From Akkermansiaceae bacterium (GTDB taxonomy: Bacteria > Verrucomicrobiota > Verrucomicrobiia > Verrucomicrobiales > Akkermansiaceae): 64,000 nt of DNA. The notes beneath the pieces are model-generated. The model was given only the letters and a program-made list of their open reading frames with translations. It had not been told where the DNA came from and ran no database searches. The translations under genes and the position numbers were made by a program. This document shows positions 40,441-50,716 of this stretch, piece by piece. The stretch is from positions 34,165 through 98,164 of the forward strand of contig JBPOGF010000020.1 of the NCBI GenBank assembly GCA_051251915.1, written 5' to 3'. Numbering within the stretch: position 1 is the stretch's first letter; each line of letters starts with the position of its first letter.

Positions 40441-41790
40441 ATGGAGCCCTTATCACAGTCTCATCAGGAAAAAATCTGGACGCATCACGCCCGCACCATT
40501 TCCAAAAAACTCAACCTTGCTTGGTGGATCGAACGACTAAACCTACCGCTCGCCATCACCGCCCTGCTAGCTGCCACTGGCATTCTTGTAGCACGGTATT
40601 TTGACCAATTACCAAGTTACTTTCTGTTAATCGGGACATTACTCCTAGCTGTTTCAATCATCGGCTTCATCTGTTGGAGATTATCCCTCAAAAAATTTGA
40701 AAGCCCAGACCAGAGCATGGTCAGAATTGAGGATAAAATGAAACTCAGAAACGCCCTCTCTGCCGCCAAAGCTGGAGTCGCCCCATGGCCTGAAGCCCCA
40801 TCAGAAATCAACGCCGGCGTGGCGTGGCACTGGCAACGCACCCTTCTTCCATCCCTCTGCTCCATCCTCATCATCATCGCCGCATTTTTTATCCCCATCG
40901 GAAGTCATGCCGAAGTGATCCAAAACCATCCATCACCCGATGCCAGAGACAGTCTCGAACTAGCTCTCGAAGAATTAAAAGATGAGGAAATCGTCCAAGA
41001 GGATTACATCGAAGAAATGGAAGAACAGATCGATGAACTCAAACAACAAAACCCCAACGAATGGTTCAGTCACTCAAGCCTAGAAGCTGTCGACAACCTC
41101 ACCCAAAGCCATGACGCTGCAGCCAAGGAACTCCAGCGCAATATGCAAAATGCCGAGCGAACCCTACAAAACCTCCAGAAGCACGGCGACAAACTCAACC
41201 AGCAAACCAAAGAGAACCTACTCGATGACTTCGGAAAAGCAGTCGAGAACATGGACACCGGTGCAATGAAACCCAACAAAGAACTCCTAGAACAACTCAA
41301 AAAAATCGACCCTGAACAACTCAACCAGCTTAACGAAGAACAACTCAACCAGCTCCGCGAAAACATGCGCAACATGGCTGAAAAGCTCAAGCAACAGCAA
41401 CAAAACGGCGAGAACGATGGAGACGAAGACAATGAAGGTGAAGGCAATGGTGATAGTGAGGGAGAAGATGGACAAGGCGACAAACGTGGACCGGGACACC
41501 CCGGACAAGGTGAGATCCAGCGCGGACCAGGCCACGCTCCAGACATGCTTGGAGACGAGGCCGAAAAATTGAAACTCAAGAAAGAAGAGCGCCTCAAATC
41601 CAATGACCTCTCCAATACCCTACCCGGCGATCTCCTAGAGACCACCGATGGCGAGCACGACATCGATAAAACCAACGCAAAAATCCGTGGCGGTGGCGAA
41701 ACCGAGAATAAAGGAGCCGGAGGAGAGCGTGTTTGGAAGAATTCACTCCTCCCCGATGAAAAAAAAGCCATCAAGAACTTCTTTAAGTAA
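40441..41790 (+). CDS. Membrane protein with a long Q/E-rich coiled coil (DUF4175-like architecture)
   Basis: Three N-terminal TM segments, a coiled coil, a G/E/D-rich linker and a C-terminal P.EKKAIKNFF. Confidence 0.65.
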   Translation: MEPLSQSHQEKIWTHHARTISKKLNLAWWIERLNLPLAITALLAATGILVARYFDQLPSYFLLIGTLLLAVSIIGFICWRLSLKKFESPDQSMVRIEDKMKLRNALSAAKAGVAPWPEAPSEINAGVAWHWQRTLLPSLCSILIIIAAFFIPIGSHAEVIQNHPSPDARDSLELALEELKDEEIVQEDYIEEMEEQIDELKQQNPNEWFSHSSLEAVDNLTQSHDAAAKELQRNMQNAERTLQNLQKHGDKLNQQTKENLLDDFGKAVENMDTGAMKPNKELLEQLKKIDPEQLNQLNEEQLNQLRENMRNMAEKLKQQQQNGENDGDEDNEGEGNGDSEGEDGQGDKRGPGHPGQGEIQRGPGHAPDMLGDEAEKLKLKKEERLKSNDLSNTLPGDLLETTDGEHDIDKTNAKIRGGGETENKGAGGERVWKNSLLPDEKKAIKNFFK

Positions 41791-42043
41791 AGTACCCAAA
41801 AACCGAGCAACACACCTCCGTTCTAACACCGTTTCTCACCCTTGAAACCAACTCCATATGTGCTAAGTAACGCGCAAGAGTCTGAAATATGACAACTTAT
41901 GATATCGTTACAAACCCTTACCGTTACTTACTTCCCTTCTCTAATTGTTAGCTAAATCATTAAATCAACGATCATCAAAGTGCTTCACACTCTCACAATC
42001 TCCCCTGTAATTCTACTAAATGAAAAAAAGTTTCATTTTAGTA

Positions 42044-42082
42044 TTGTCAAAACTATCGATAGGGCTTAATTATGCGCACCGC
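42044..42082 (+). promoter_or_regulatory. Putative stable-RNA promoter for tRNA-Phe
   Basis: Upstream A-tract, TTGTCA, 17 bp, TAATTA(T), then a GC-rich GCGCACCGC discriminator. Confidence 0.5.
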
Positions 42083-42124
42083 AACGAGGCAGTCAGAAAT
42101 GATTACTCACAAGTTGCACTAGAT

Positions 42125-42200
42125 GGCCCAATAGCTCAGTTGGTAGAGCAGCGGATTGAAAATCCGCGTGTCCTTGGTTCGAATCCGAGTTGGGCCACCA
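42125..42200 (+). tRNA. tRNA-Phe (GAA)
   Basis: 76 nt. GGCCCAA/TTGGGCC acceptor stem, D-arm GCTCAGTTGGTAGAGC, anticodon arm GCGGA-TTGAAAA-TCCGC, TTCGAAT T-loop, encoded CCA. Confidence 0.98.
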
Positions 42201-42204
42201 CTTT

Positions 42205-42232
42205 AAACCCCTTATTCTATAAGGGTTTTTTT
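42205..42232 (+). terminator. tRNA terminator
   Basis: AAACCCCTTAT-TCT-ATAAGGGTTTTTTT. Confidence 0.8.
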
Positions 42233-42329
42233 GCGTTTAAGGGATGCGCTTCATCTAACAGAAAAAAATCCCCATAACACTAAGTCATGAGGATCTCCTA
42301 ATTGTAAATTGTTATCGCTAACTAGCTAA

Positions 42330-43274
42330 TTACTCACCTAAAGCATAGATAATGCCGTTGTAGTAATGCTTAAGAACATTCTTATTCCAGTAGATGTGAT
42401 CATTATGCCCAAGTGAGCTATAGAACACTCTGCCCTTCTTATGTGGCTTCACCCAGCTCACACCGAAATCTTTATCCTTCCTCTTAATTCCATTTTTAGG
42501 CTTATCGCTCGCATCTGCATCTAATCTAAGAAGCATGGTCACTTTATTTGAATCATACGGATCCTTATGCTGGTAGATCTCCTCATTGAATCTGAGCTCA
42601 CCCTTATCAGCAGGAATCACCCCATTGAGCAATGCATGACTCTTGTTCTTCTTATCAGCCTTGATAGAGACTTCCATGTTATGCCTCCACGGATGCCCGT
42701 CGAAGTATCCCCCAAGCATTTCACCATACTCAGGCCACTCGTAGAAAGTATCAGTTGCAGCGTGAATACCAATGAACCCTTTACCTCCTTCAATGAAGTT
42801 CATTAAGTTAACCTTCCTCACTTTATCAAGCTCAGCAGCGTTCTCCTTAGCCTCATCTGACATCTTCTTCAGCTGTTTTTTATTTGGAGAGAACACATCC
42901 ATCGTCGTATTAAGAAAACAAATCGCATCAAACCCCTCGATCTTACCTTTATCAAAGTTCTCTAAGTCATCACTGATCACCACATCAAATGCGCCACTAG
43001 ACTCCGCCATCAACTCTAAAGTCTGCTTGCCAACACCAATCGACTTATGCCGGAAACCATTCGTCTTGGAAAAGACCAATATCTTTTTCTTCTCATCATC
43101 TCCTTCTTTAACGCCATCTGGCACCTCCAGCTCAGCCTGTTTTAGAGCCTGCTTGATTTTCATCTCATTCGTCATTTTGGCATCATTTGCCTTCTCCGGC
43201 TTAGCCGAAGCAACGTAAAGACCAAACACCCCAAAAAGGGCAACTGCTGAAATAGTTAGTGGTTTTATGTTCAT
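42330..43274 (-). CDS. Exported ThuA-like (trehalose utilisation/GATase-like) domain protein
   Basis: Signal peptide; ILVFSKTNGFRHKSI, GIHAATD, GGYFDGHP, EEIY, GRVFYSSLGH. Confidence 0.88.
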   Translation of the reverse strand: MNIKPLTISAVALFGVFGLYVASAKPEKANDAKMTNEMKIKQALKQAELEVPDGVKEGDDEKKKILVFSKTNGFRHKSIGVGKQTLELMAESSGAFDVVISDDLENFDKGKIEGFDAICFLNTTMDVFSPNKKQLKKMSDEAKENAAELDKVRKVNLMNFIEGGKGFIGIHAATDTFYEWPEYGEMLGGYFDGHPWRHNMEVSIKADKKNKSHALLNGVIPADKGELRFNEEIYQHKDPYDSNKVTMLLRLDADASDKPKNGIKRKDKDFGVSWVKPHKKGRVFYSSLGHNDHIYWNKNVLKHYYNGIIYALGE

Positions 43275-43289
43275 GAGACTAAACTACAC

Positions 43290-43325
43290 AAAAAAACGCC
43301 CCAGGCAAAGAATTACCTGAGGCGC
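43290..43325 (-). terminator. Intrinsic terminator after the aminotransferase
   Basis: Minus strand GCGCCTCAGG-loop-CCTGGGGCGT followed by a T-run. Confidence 0.75.
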
Positions 43326-43347
43326 AATGAATAAAAAATGTGCTTAC

Positions 43348-44514
43348 TTAATGTGAGCGACAGAACTCCTCAAAACGAGTGAGACCTTCGTTCAATACAT
43401 CAAGCGTGGTGCAGTAGCTTAGACGGATGCTATTATCATTACCAAACGCAATCCCAGGAACAGCAGCAACACGATAACGCGTGAGAAGCTTATCACAAAG
43501 ATTCACTGACTTAATACCCAATTCAGTAGTATTCACAAGGAAGTAAAATGCTCCTTCTGGCTCAGTAACGGAAATGTTCGGGATTGACTTGAGCTTGTTA
43601 AGCATGAACTGACGACGCATGTCATACTCCTCTTTAAGATCTGCCACGAAGGAGTTCTCAACTGTGAGTGCAGCAAGTCCTCCATACTGAGAAAATGTAC
43701 ATGGGTTCGATGTAGTGTGCCCCTGCATCGATGAAATAGCAGCAGCAAGCTCCTTAGGTGCCGCGATGTATCCAAGACGCCATCCAGTCATAGAATAAGC
43801 CTTAGAGAATCCACCGACTGTGATAGTCAGGTCATATAGCTCCTGACTGATAGACGCGATACTCACATGCTTAGCTTCTCCATAAACGAGTTTCTCATAG
43901 ATCTCATCAGACAAGATAATGATATCCTCCATAAGCGCCACTTCACCGATAGCCTTAAGCTCATCTTCAGTGTAAACTGCGCCAGTTGGGTTACCTGGTG
44001 AGTTAAGAATGATCATCTTCGTAAGACCAGTCATATGCTCCTCAAACTGCTCAGGAGTTAATTTCCAGTTATTCTCCTCAGTGGTCTCTACAATCACTGG
44101 AACACCACCTGCGATGCGCACCATCTCAGGGTAAGATAACCAGTATGGAGAAGGTATAATTACTTCATCACCTTCTTCGATCACTGCCATAATCGCACTC
44201 ATGCATGAATGCTTAGCTCCATTACCTACGATAATTTGGCGTGGTTCATAAGAAATGTTATTGTCTACTTTGAGCTTATTAGCAATGGCTTCTCTAAGCT
44301 CAGGAATTCCAGCTGCTGGAGTATACTTAGTTTTACCGTCCTGGAGCGCTTTAATCCCCGCCTCCTTGATGAATTCCGGAGTATCCATCTCAGGCTCTCC
44401 GCCAGCTAAACCATAGACTTCTTCGCCTCTGGCTTTCATGGCTTTTGCCTGATTAGTGATATTCAGTGTGAGCGACGGGGTGACGTTTTTGATGCGTGAT
44501 GAAATGCTGTCCAT
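43348..44514 (-). CDS. aspC: PLP-dependent class I aminotransferase (aspartate aminotransferase-like)
   Basis: GEP, NSPGNPTG, SDEIY, GFSKAYSMTGWRLG. Confidence 0.9.
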   Translation of the reverse strand: MDSISSRIKNVTPSLTLNITNQAKAMKARGEEVYGLAGGEPEMDTPEFIKEAGIKALQDGKTKYTPAAGIPELREAIANKLKVDNNISYEPRQIIVGNGAKHSCMSAIMAVIEEGDEVIIPSPYWLSYPEMVRIAGGVPVIVETTEENNWKLTPEQFEEHMTGLTKMIILNSPGNPTGAVYTEDELKAIGEVALMEDIIILSDEIYEKLVYGEAKHVSIASISQELYDLTITVGGFSKAYSMTGWRLGYIAAPKELAAAISSMQGHTTSNPCTFSQYGGLAALTVENSFVADLKEEYDMRRQFMLNKLKSIPNISVTEPEGAFYFLVNTTELGIKSVNLCDKLLTRYRVAAVPGIAFGNDNSIRLSYCTTLDVLNEGLTRFEEFCRSH

Positions 44515-44718
44515 GAGAGTTATCTCTTTATATTTTCAGTTAAAATTGATGATGATTAGAAGCCGCAGAGGGCAAATATTCAAAATTTATGTGAAACTAT
44601 GAACTCCCCCCTGAAGTCGCGCTGTTAATAACCTATAGACCTCATCATGCAAGAGAAATGAAACCCTGAGGTGAAAATTCTCTATAGCCTTCTTCGGAAC
44701 TCGTTAAGAACAGCTAAA

Positions 44719-45561
44719 TTACGCTTTAATCTTCGCCCTCGCAGTCACCCACTTACCCTTTTTCACCACCTCACCAAATTCTAATCCAGCACCTTCTCCC
44801 CACTCTTTCGTCACTTCCCATTGATCAGCTAAAATTCCAGAAACCACGAGATCTCCATCCTTTTTCATCGTTTTCACAATCGTAGGAAACGCTTGCTGCA
44901 GGATTGTTGAGAACATATTAGCAATAACCACTGACCATTTTTTACGCGGCTTCCACAGCAGCACATCCTGCTCCTCAACTTCAATACAATCCACCCGATT
45001 CAACTTCAAATTTTGCTTAGAAACTCGCACAGCCTGTGGATCATAATCATGCGCCACACAAGCTTCAGCACCCAACATCCTAGCAGCAATAGCAAGAACA
45101 GCCGTCCCACAACCAAGATCAAGCATCTCCCAGCTCTCCCCCTTCTGCTCACGAGCTATATCCACCAGAAATCTCAAGCACGTAGATGTCGTCGCATGAT
45201 CTCCTGTTCCAAACGCCATTTCAGCTGGAATCTGGATCACCTTCTTACTTGGGTTTTCATTACGCAACTCATCGGCAACAGCAAGATCTCGCGCCCCACA
45301 AACCAGAATTGCATCCCTAATCTTCAATGGAGGTTTTTCTACAGCACTCAGTGCTACCCAGTTTTGATTCTTCACTTCACGCACCGTTCCGCCAAATTGC
45401 TTCTTAATAACCAACGCCTCTTTCTCTGTTTCACAATAAACTTCAACCCGCACACTCTTGCCTCCTTTTATCTCAGAAATAACACTTTGGTCATTCCCAT
45501 AAAATCTCTCTTCCCATGCGTCTATCCATTTAACTGATGATAATTTTGACCAATGATACAT
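44719..45561 (-). CDS. prmA: Ribosomal protein L11 methyltransferase
   Basis: MAFGTGDHATT, LDLGCGTAVLAI, ANM, SGIL. Confidence 0.9.
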   Translation of the reverse strand: MYHWSKLSSVKWIDAWEERFYGNDQSVISEIKGGKSVRVEVYCETEKEALVIKKQFGGTVREVKNQNWVALSAVEKPPLKIRDAILVCGARDLAVADELRNENPSKKVIQIPAEMAFGTGDHATTSTCLRFLVDIAREQKGESWEMLDLGCGTAVLAIAARMLGAEACVAHDYDPQAVRVSKQNLKLNRVDCIEVEEQDVLLWKPRKKWSVVIANMFSTILQQAFPTIVKTMKKDGDLVVSGILADQWEVTKEWGEGAGLEFGEVVKKGKWVTARAKIKA

Positions 45562-45578
45562 ATTCTTATTATTTAAAT

Positions 45579-46832
45579 TTAAGCCCCACGCTGGGTCGCT
45601 TGATTAGGGTTCACCCTTTCGTCTGACCGTCTTCGGTTCAGTTTAAATTGCTTCCCTCGTTTGGATAATTTCACCTTTTCCTCTACTTCGCCATCACCAC
45701 CCTTACGATGCACCCACACACTCTGAACCAGTCCTAACATGAACATACACATCACCACAAATGTTCCAGAATAGCTTATAAACGGCAGCGGAATTCCAGT
45801 CACAGGCATCAGCAACACACACATCGCAATATTTTCAAATATATGCGCGAACAGTAAGCCCACAACGGCACCACAAAGAATTTGCCCAGACATATCCCTA
45901 CTATAATACCCAATAAATATGCACTGAATCAACAGCAAACTAAACCCAAGAACCAACATCAAACTCCCTCGGAACCCCTGCTCTTCAGCAAACACACCAA
46001 ATACATAATCATTATGCGCCGTCTTCTTAGGAATATACCCCATCGCATGCAATGAACGCTTAGAAGAATCCGCTTTGAAACCTACTCCCTTATAGCCTGA
46101 TTTCCCAACAGCCATCGACACATAATACGGCCCATAGGCATCTCCAGTAATGTCCACTTTGCGACCATACAACATATCCAAATAAATCTCAATACGGTTT
46201 GCCCCCCTACTCGAAAAACTCGGCAGAATCACATGAAACAAAATCGGCATTATCGCCGCACCAAGTAGCGAAATCACGGCCAAATAACGAAACGGCACGC
46301 CTCCCACTAACATCACAATCGCAGTTACCGGCAACCAAACAATCGCCGACCCCAGATCCCCCATCACCGCTACTAAACCAAATGGTATCAGCGCAAGAAT
46401 AGCTATCGCCAACACTTTCGCACCAGGAAGACTCAATAAAGGATGCCATTTAGCCAAATCCTGTAACACCCAAGCCATCATGATAAATCCCGCAACAATC
46501 GAAAACTGCGCTGGCTGGAAACTCAATCCTCCCACCTGCAGCTGATGCACCGAATTACCAAATTTCATCGCAATCACCATCAAAGCAATACCAGACAAAT
46601 ACATCGGCAACGCCAGATACTTAATCCACCTATAATCAATAAGCGCCGTGATAAAATACACCCCAGCACCAATGAAGATCCATTGCACCTGCTTGGCTGC
46701 TATCGCTTCACCTCCTCCAGTTAGATGCCTAGCAGCACTCTCAATGGTAAATACACCCAATATCAAAAGGGCAAACATGCACAAGGTGAGTAACCAACTC
46801 ATGCCTAATATTTTTCTCAGGAGAGGTGTCAT
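45579..46832 (-). CDS. rodA: SEDS-family peptidoglycan polymerase (RodA-like)
   Basis: ~10 TM segments; FQPAQF, DLGSA, AHNDYVF..AEEQG, PVTGIPLPFISYSG. Confidence 0.85.
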   Translation of the reverse strand: MTPLLRKILGMSWLLTLCMFALLILGVFTIESAARHLTGGGEAIAAKQVQWIFIGAGVYFITALIDYRWIKYLALPMYLSGIALMVIAMKFGNSVHQLQVGGLSFQPAQFSIVAGFIMMAWVLQDLAKWHPLLSLPGAKVLAIAILALIPFGLVAVMGDLGSAIVWLPVTAIVMLVGGVPFRYLAVISLLGAAIMPILFHVILPSFSSRGANRIEIYLDMLYGRKVDITGDAYGPYYVSMAVGKSGYKGVGFKADSSKRSLHAMGYIPKKTAHNDYVFGVFAEEQGFRGSLMLVLGFSLLLIQCIFIGYYSRDMSGQILCGAVVGLLFAHIFENIAMCVLLMPVTGIPLPFISYSGTFVVMCMFMLGLVQSVWVHRKGGDGEVEEKVKLSKRGKQFKLNRRRSDERVNPNQATQRGA

Positions 46833-46882
46833 TTAAATAAATTCAATCCTTCGAGAAAAATATGCTTATCAGATAACCTGAC

Positions 46883-47509
46883 TTACGCGCCACCTGCGTA
46901 TGTCTTGCGGAGAAGAGAAGCACTCTTACGACCTTCCGGAGTCTTATATAGATGATCATAAATCACCTTAACTTCCGCACCCACGCCGACTCTACGATAC
47001 AGATCAATCACATCTGCAGACTTCATCCGGATACACCCAAAGCTCGCAGGTGTTCCGATCTTATACTCAGCAGGTGTTCCGTGAATGTAAATGTATCTAG
47101 CATAAGTATTGCGGTTACGGTATTCATTACCCTTTAGCCACATGATGCGTGTCACAATCGGATCTCTTCCGCGTGTATTAGGCTTAAGAATCTCACCTGT
47201 CTTTCTTCGACTCTTGAAAACTGTGCCACTTCGTGAACCACCACCTATTTTCCTAGCTATCTCCATCTTACCAAGTGGAGTCTTTTTACTATTATGAGTA
47301 TTGCCTAAACCAAATTTTGATGTCGAAACTCGGTAAGCCTTCACAGGCTTCCCGTTCTTAGTCAGCAACATAGTCTGATCCTTCACACTCACGATCATCT
47401 TATTACTCCTGTCTTTCGACGGCGAACTACCACAACTCGTAAACAATAAGCCAGTAATAAACGCTATAGAAATAACTTTGAGGGATGAACGTAAGGTGTG
47501 AGATTTCAT
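46883..47509 (-). CDS. L,D-transpeptidase (YkuD) lipoprotein
   Basis: Lipobox FTSC; TPLG and IYIHGT...SFGCIRM (His/Cys). Confidence 0.92.
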   Translation of the reverse strand: MKSHTLRSSLKVISIAFITGLLFTSCGSSPSKDRSNKMIVSVKDQTMLLTKNGKPVKAYRVSTSKFGLGNTHNSKKTPLGKMEIARKIGGGSRSGTVFKSRRKTGEILKPNTRGRDPIVTRIMWLKGNEYRNRNTYARYIYIHGTPAEYKIGTPASFGCIRMKSADVIDLYRRVGVGAEVKVIYDHLYKTPEGRKSASLLRKTYAGGA

Positions 47510-47531
47510 AAAAAAATTAGTTAACTTATCC

Positions 47532-49055
47532 TTACTTACCAGAATCTATGCTTTCTTCAACATTATTCTTCATAATTCCTACCAGCATCCTTCTTAAGGA
47601 CGGGATAGATGTGAAGAAAAATCCAATTGGGAATGGTGTAAGTAAGATCGCTGTAGCGAAATTAGCGTCCATGTAGTTACCGATAACCACAATCAAGAAG
47701 AACACTCCAAAAGCAAACTCAATTACCGGAGTCACTGACTTCATCGCCTTATACTTACTTGACTTCCAGCCTGCAGCCTTCTTCTCAGCCCCACTCTTAG
47801 CCTTATCAATTCCATACTTAGGAGTGCGAACAAATCCGCTCTGATGATTGAAAATAGCCTCTAGAACAGCCTTCGCATTGTTCACGCTCATTCCAATTCC
47901 TAACGCAATAAGCAGTGGTAAGTAGATAATCTCTTTAAGCCAAGTCTTAGGGTGCAATGCCTTCTGAGCAGTCAAATAAAACAATGCCACAGAAACAGAA
48001 CCAAAGAAAAAGATCGGAATATTGATAAAGTATTCAAGCATCGGGTTCTCAGCAATAAGCGGGATATGAGTCATCTGCTTTGGGTAAATCAGGAAACACA
48101 AAACAATCAGTGCCAAATACGCAAAATTAGAAGTCAAATGCGCCGTCGCTTCCATCTTAGCTTTCAATGGAGCATCACTCTTCCAGATATTCTTAAGGCA
48201 CTTCTTACAGCACTGAATAGATCCCTTTGTCCAGCGATGCTGTTGACTCTTAAAGCCATCCATATCTACCGGAAGCTCAGCAGGAGTCTCCACCTCCTTG
48301 AGGAATACAAAGTTCCAGCCCTTGAGCTGCGCTCTATAACTCAGATCCATGTCCTCAGTCAGAGTGTCATGTTCCCAGCCACCTGCATCCGCTATACATG
48401 ACTTACGCCACATTCCACCAGTTCCGTTGAACGTAAAAAATCTGCCAGACCTGTTTCTAGCAGTCTGCTCCAACTCCAAATGTCCATCAAGGAACATCGC
48501 CTGGATGCGTGTGAGAACATTATAATTCCTATTAAGATGACCCCAGCGTGTCTGAATCATGCCCACCTTCTCATCCGTGAAATAATGAATTGTTTTCATC
48601 AAAACATCAGCATTAGGCATAAAGTCAGCATCCAGAATGAATAAAAACTCACCCTTCGCAGTTTCAATCCCATTCTCAAGAGCACCAGCCTTGTAACCTG
48701 TGCGATCAGTACGGTGCACATATTGAGCATCATACCCTCTAGCCACAAGAGCCTCCACCTGCTCGCGGCAGATCTCCTGAGTCTCATCTGTAGAATCATC
48801 CAGCACCTGAATATGAAGCTTATCCTTAGGATAGTCAATTTCAGCCACCTTCTGAAGCAAACGCTCCACCACATGGAGTTCGTTAAAAACAGGCAACTGC
48901 ATCGTAATCACCGGTAGTTCCTCGAATTCTCCCTTAGCCACAGGCACATCGTTTTTGTGCTTAAGATAGAGATAAATAATCGTGAGTCTGTGAAATCCGT
49001 AGCCTGCAAGGCTAACTAGAACAAGAACATATGAGATATAAAGGAACCACTCCAT
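47532..49055 (-). CDS. Processive GT2 glycosyltransferase (cellulose-synthase-like superfamily)
   Basis: QLPVFNE, DDS, KAG, DAD, TEDMD and QQHRW (D,D,D,QxxRW); N- and C-terminal TM segments. Confidence 0.9.
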   Translation of the reverse strand: MEWFLYISYVLVLVSLAGYGFHRLTIIYLYLKHKNDVPVAKGEFEELPVITMQLPVFNELHVVERLLQKVAEIDYPKDKLHIQVLDDSTDETQEICREQVEALVARGYDAQYVHRTDRTGYKAGALENGIETAKGEFLFILDADFMPNADVLMKTIHYFTDEKVGMIQTRWGHLNRNYNVLTRIQAMFLDGHLELEQTARNRSGRFFTFNGTGGMWRKSCIADAGGWEHDTLTEDMDLSYRAQLKGWNFVFLKEVETPAELPVDMDGFKSQQHRWTKGSIQCCKKCLKNIWKSDAPLKAKMEATAHLTSNFAYLALIVLCFLIYPKQMTHIPLIAENPMLEYFINIPIFFFGSVSVALFYLTAQKALHPKTWLKEIIYLPLLIALGIGMSVNNAKAVLEAIFNHQSGFVRTPKYGIDKAKSGAEKKAAGWKSSKYKAMKSVTPVIEFAFGVFFLIVVIGNYMDANFATAILLTPFPIGFFFTSIPSLRRMLVGIMKNNVEESIDSGK

Positions 49056-49204
49056 GAGTTTATTTTGGGTTTGTTTTTATCGCTTATTCGCTAAGTCATT
49101 TAACACACAAGCGTTCTCGCTATGCCTCACACACAGTCATTTGTCAAGCTCTGAACCTGTAATAATTGTTAAATATTCTTAACTAATTTACACACTATTC
49201 CCCT

Positions 49205-50578
49205 CTATATCTCCCCCATAACTCTTCGCATTATCCTCTCAGCCACATCCTCCGCAATCAAAACAGGCTCATGATTCCCCTTACCCTGAGTCACCAAAAT
49301 AGGCTGTTCACCCACCGCCACATCATCCCTCCCATGCGATCCCTTCACCAACCCAGCATCCAGCGGAATCACCTCCAACAACGCCCTAAACCCAAGCTTC
49401 TTCTTCAACAAAAACTTCGCAATCTTCAACTTCGGAAACTTCAGCTCCGGATCCAAAAACAACTCCACCGGATCATACCCCACCTTCCGATGAATATCCA
49501 CACAACGCGCAAAATCCGGCGCCACCGCATCATCCATCCAATAATAATACGTAAACCAAGCATTCGCCTTAGAAACCACTACCAGATCCCCAGCCCGCTC
49601 CCCAGCATTCCCACTCGGCGCATCCCGCACCTCATCCACCCCACTCGTCCTCTCCAGCACCTCCCGCACCTCACCCAGCAATGAAGCATCATTCACATAA
49701 ATATGCGCCACCTGATGATCCGCCACCGCAAACACCTTACTCGCCCCACAATCCAACATCTCCAACCCCAACTCATCCTTAATCGTAATCCACCCCTTCT
49801 CCCTAAAAATCCGATTCAAATGCACCGGCTCATCCACCGCAGAAATCCCATACTCAGACAGCAACATCACCTCCACCCCATTCTCCGCATAAAAATCAAT
49901 CAAATCCCCCACCAACTCATCTATCTTCCCCAACTCCACACTCACTCGCTCATCCCCCAAATCCGGCCCATACTGCTGCAAACAATAATCCAAATGCGGC
50001 AAATAAACCAAACTCAACGTCGGCTTCTTCTCCCGCTCCACCCACCTCGCAGAATCCGCTATCCACTGACTCGATGCAATCCCTGCATTAGGCCCCCAAA
50101 ACGTAGTAAAAGGAAAATCCCCCAACTCACTCTTAATCTCCTCCTTCATCCCCATCGGCTGAGAATACACATCAAAAACCTTCTTCCCACTCGCCGGATA
50201 CGCCGGACGCGGAGTAATCGTCCAGTCCGCACTACTATACATATTATACCACCAGAAAAGCTTCGCACACGTAAACTCCGGATTCATTTCCTTCAACTTC
50301 TCCCAAATCTTCTCCCCCCTCACAATGTGATTACTCTGCTTCCAAAACTTCACCTCCGCATCCTCCCTATCATACCACCCATTCCCTACAATACCATGCT
50401 CCTCCACCGCAACCCCCGTCAGATAACTCGACTGCGCCGTACAAGTCACCGCAGGAAACGCCGGCCTAAAAGAAGAAATCTCCCCCGCCTCCACAAACGC
50501 CTTAATCCGCGGAGTAAACTCCCCAATCAGCCCCCCAGTAAGCCCCACCACATCCAATACAGCTACACGATTAATCAT
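49205..50578 (-). CDS. Alkaline-phosphatase-superfamily nucleotide pyrophosphatase/phosphodiesterase (EboF-like)
   Basis: DVVGL, FPAVTC (Thr nucleophile), HGIVGNGW, LFWWYNM, YLPHLDY, SEYG, DIHRK.GYDP, GSHG. Start uncertain (50578-50614). Confidence 0.85.
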   Translation of the reverse strand: MINRVAVLDVVGLTGGLIGEFTPRIKAFVEAGEISSFRPAFPAVTCTAQSSYLTGVAVEEHGIVGNGWYDREDAEVKFWKQSNHIVRGEKIWEKLKEMNPEFTCAKLFWWYNMYSSADWTITPRPAYPASGKKVFDVYSQPMGMKEEIKSELGDFPFTTFWGPNAGIASSQWIADSARWVEREKKPTLSLVYLPHLDYCLQQYGPDLGDERVSVELGKIDELVGDLIDFYAENGVEVMLLSEYGISAVDEPVHLNRIFREKGWITIKDELGLEMLDCGASKVFAVADHQVAHIYVNDASLLGEVREVLERTSGVDEVRDAPSGNAGERAGDLVVVSKANAWFTYYYWMDDAVAPDFARCVDIHRKVGYDPVELFLDPELKFPKLKIAKFLLKKKLGFRALLEVIPLDAGLVKGSHGRDDVAVGEQPILVTQGKGNHEPVLIAEDVAERIMRRVMGEI

Positions 50579-50716
50579 ACCCACATTCATAAATTCTCCC
50601 CCAACCAAACACAACGATTAAATCCACCACACAGACATAAACCAAACATCGCTCACTCAATAAGCCTCCCCCTCAAGAACATTGTTTGCTCATTTACAAA
50701 ATGGCTACCCAGTCCT

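Noticed and set aside
42020..42277. 85-aa ORF
   Set aside because: It overlaps tRNA-Phe, its promoter and its terminator.
42125..42330. tRNA-Phe as an integration site
   Set aside because: No integrase and no duplicated tRNA 3' end were seen in the window.
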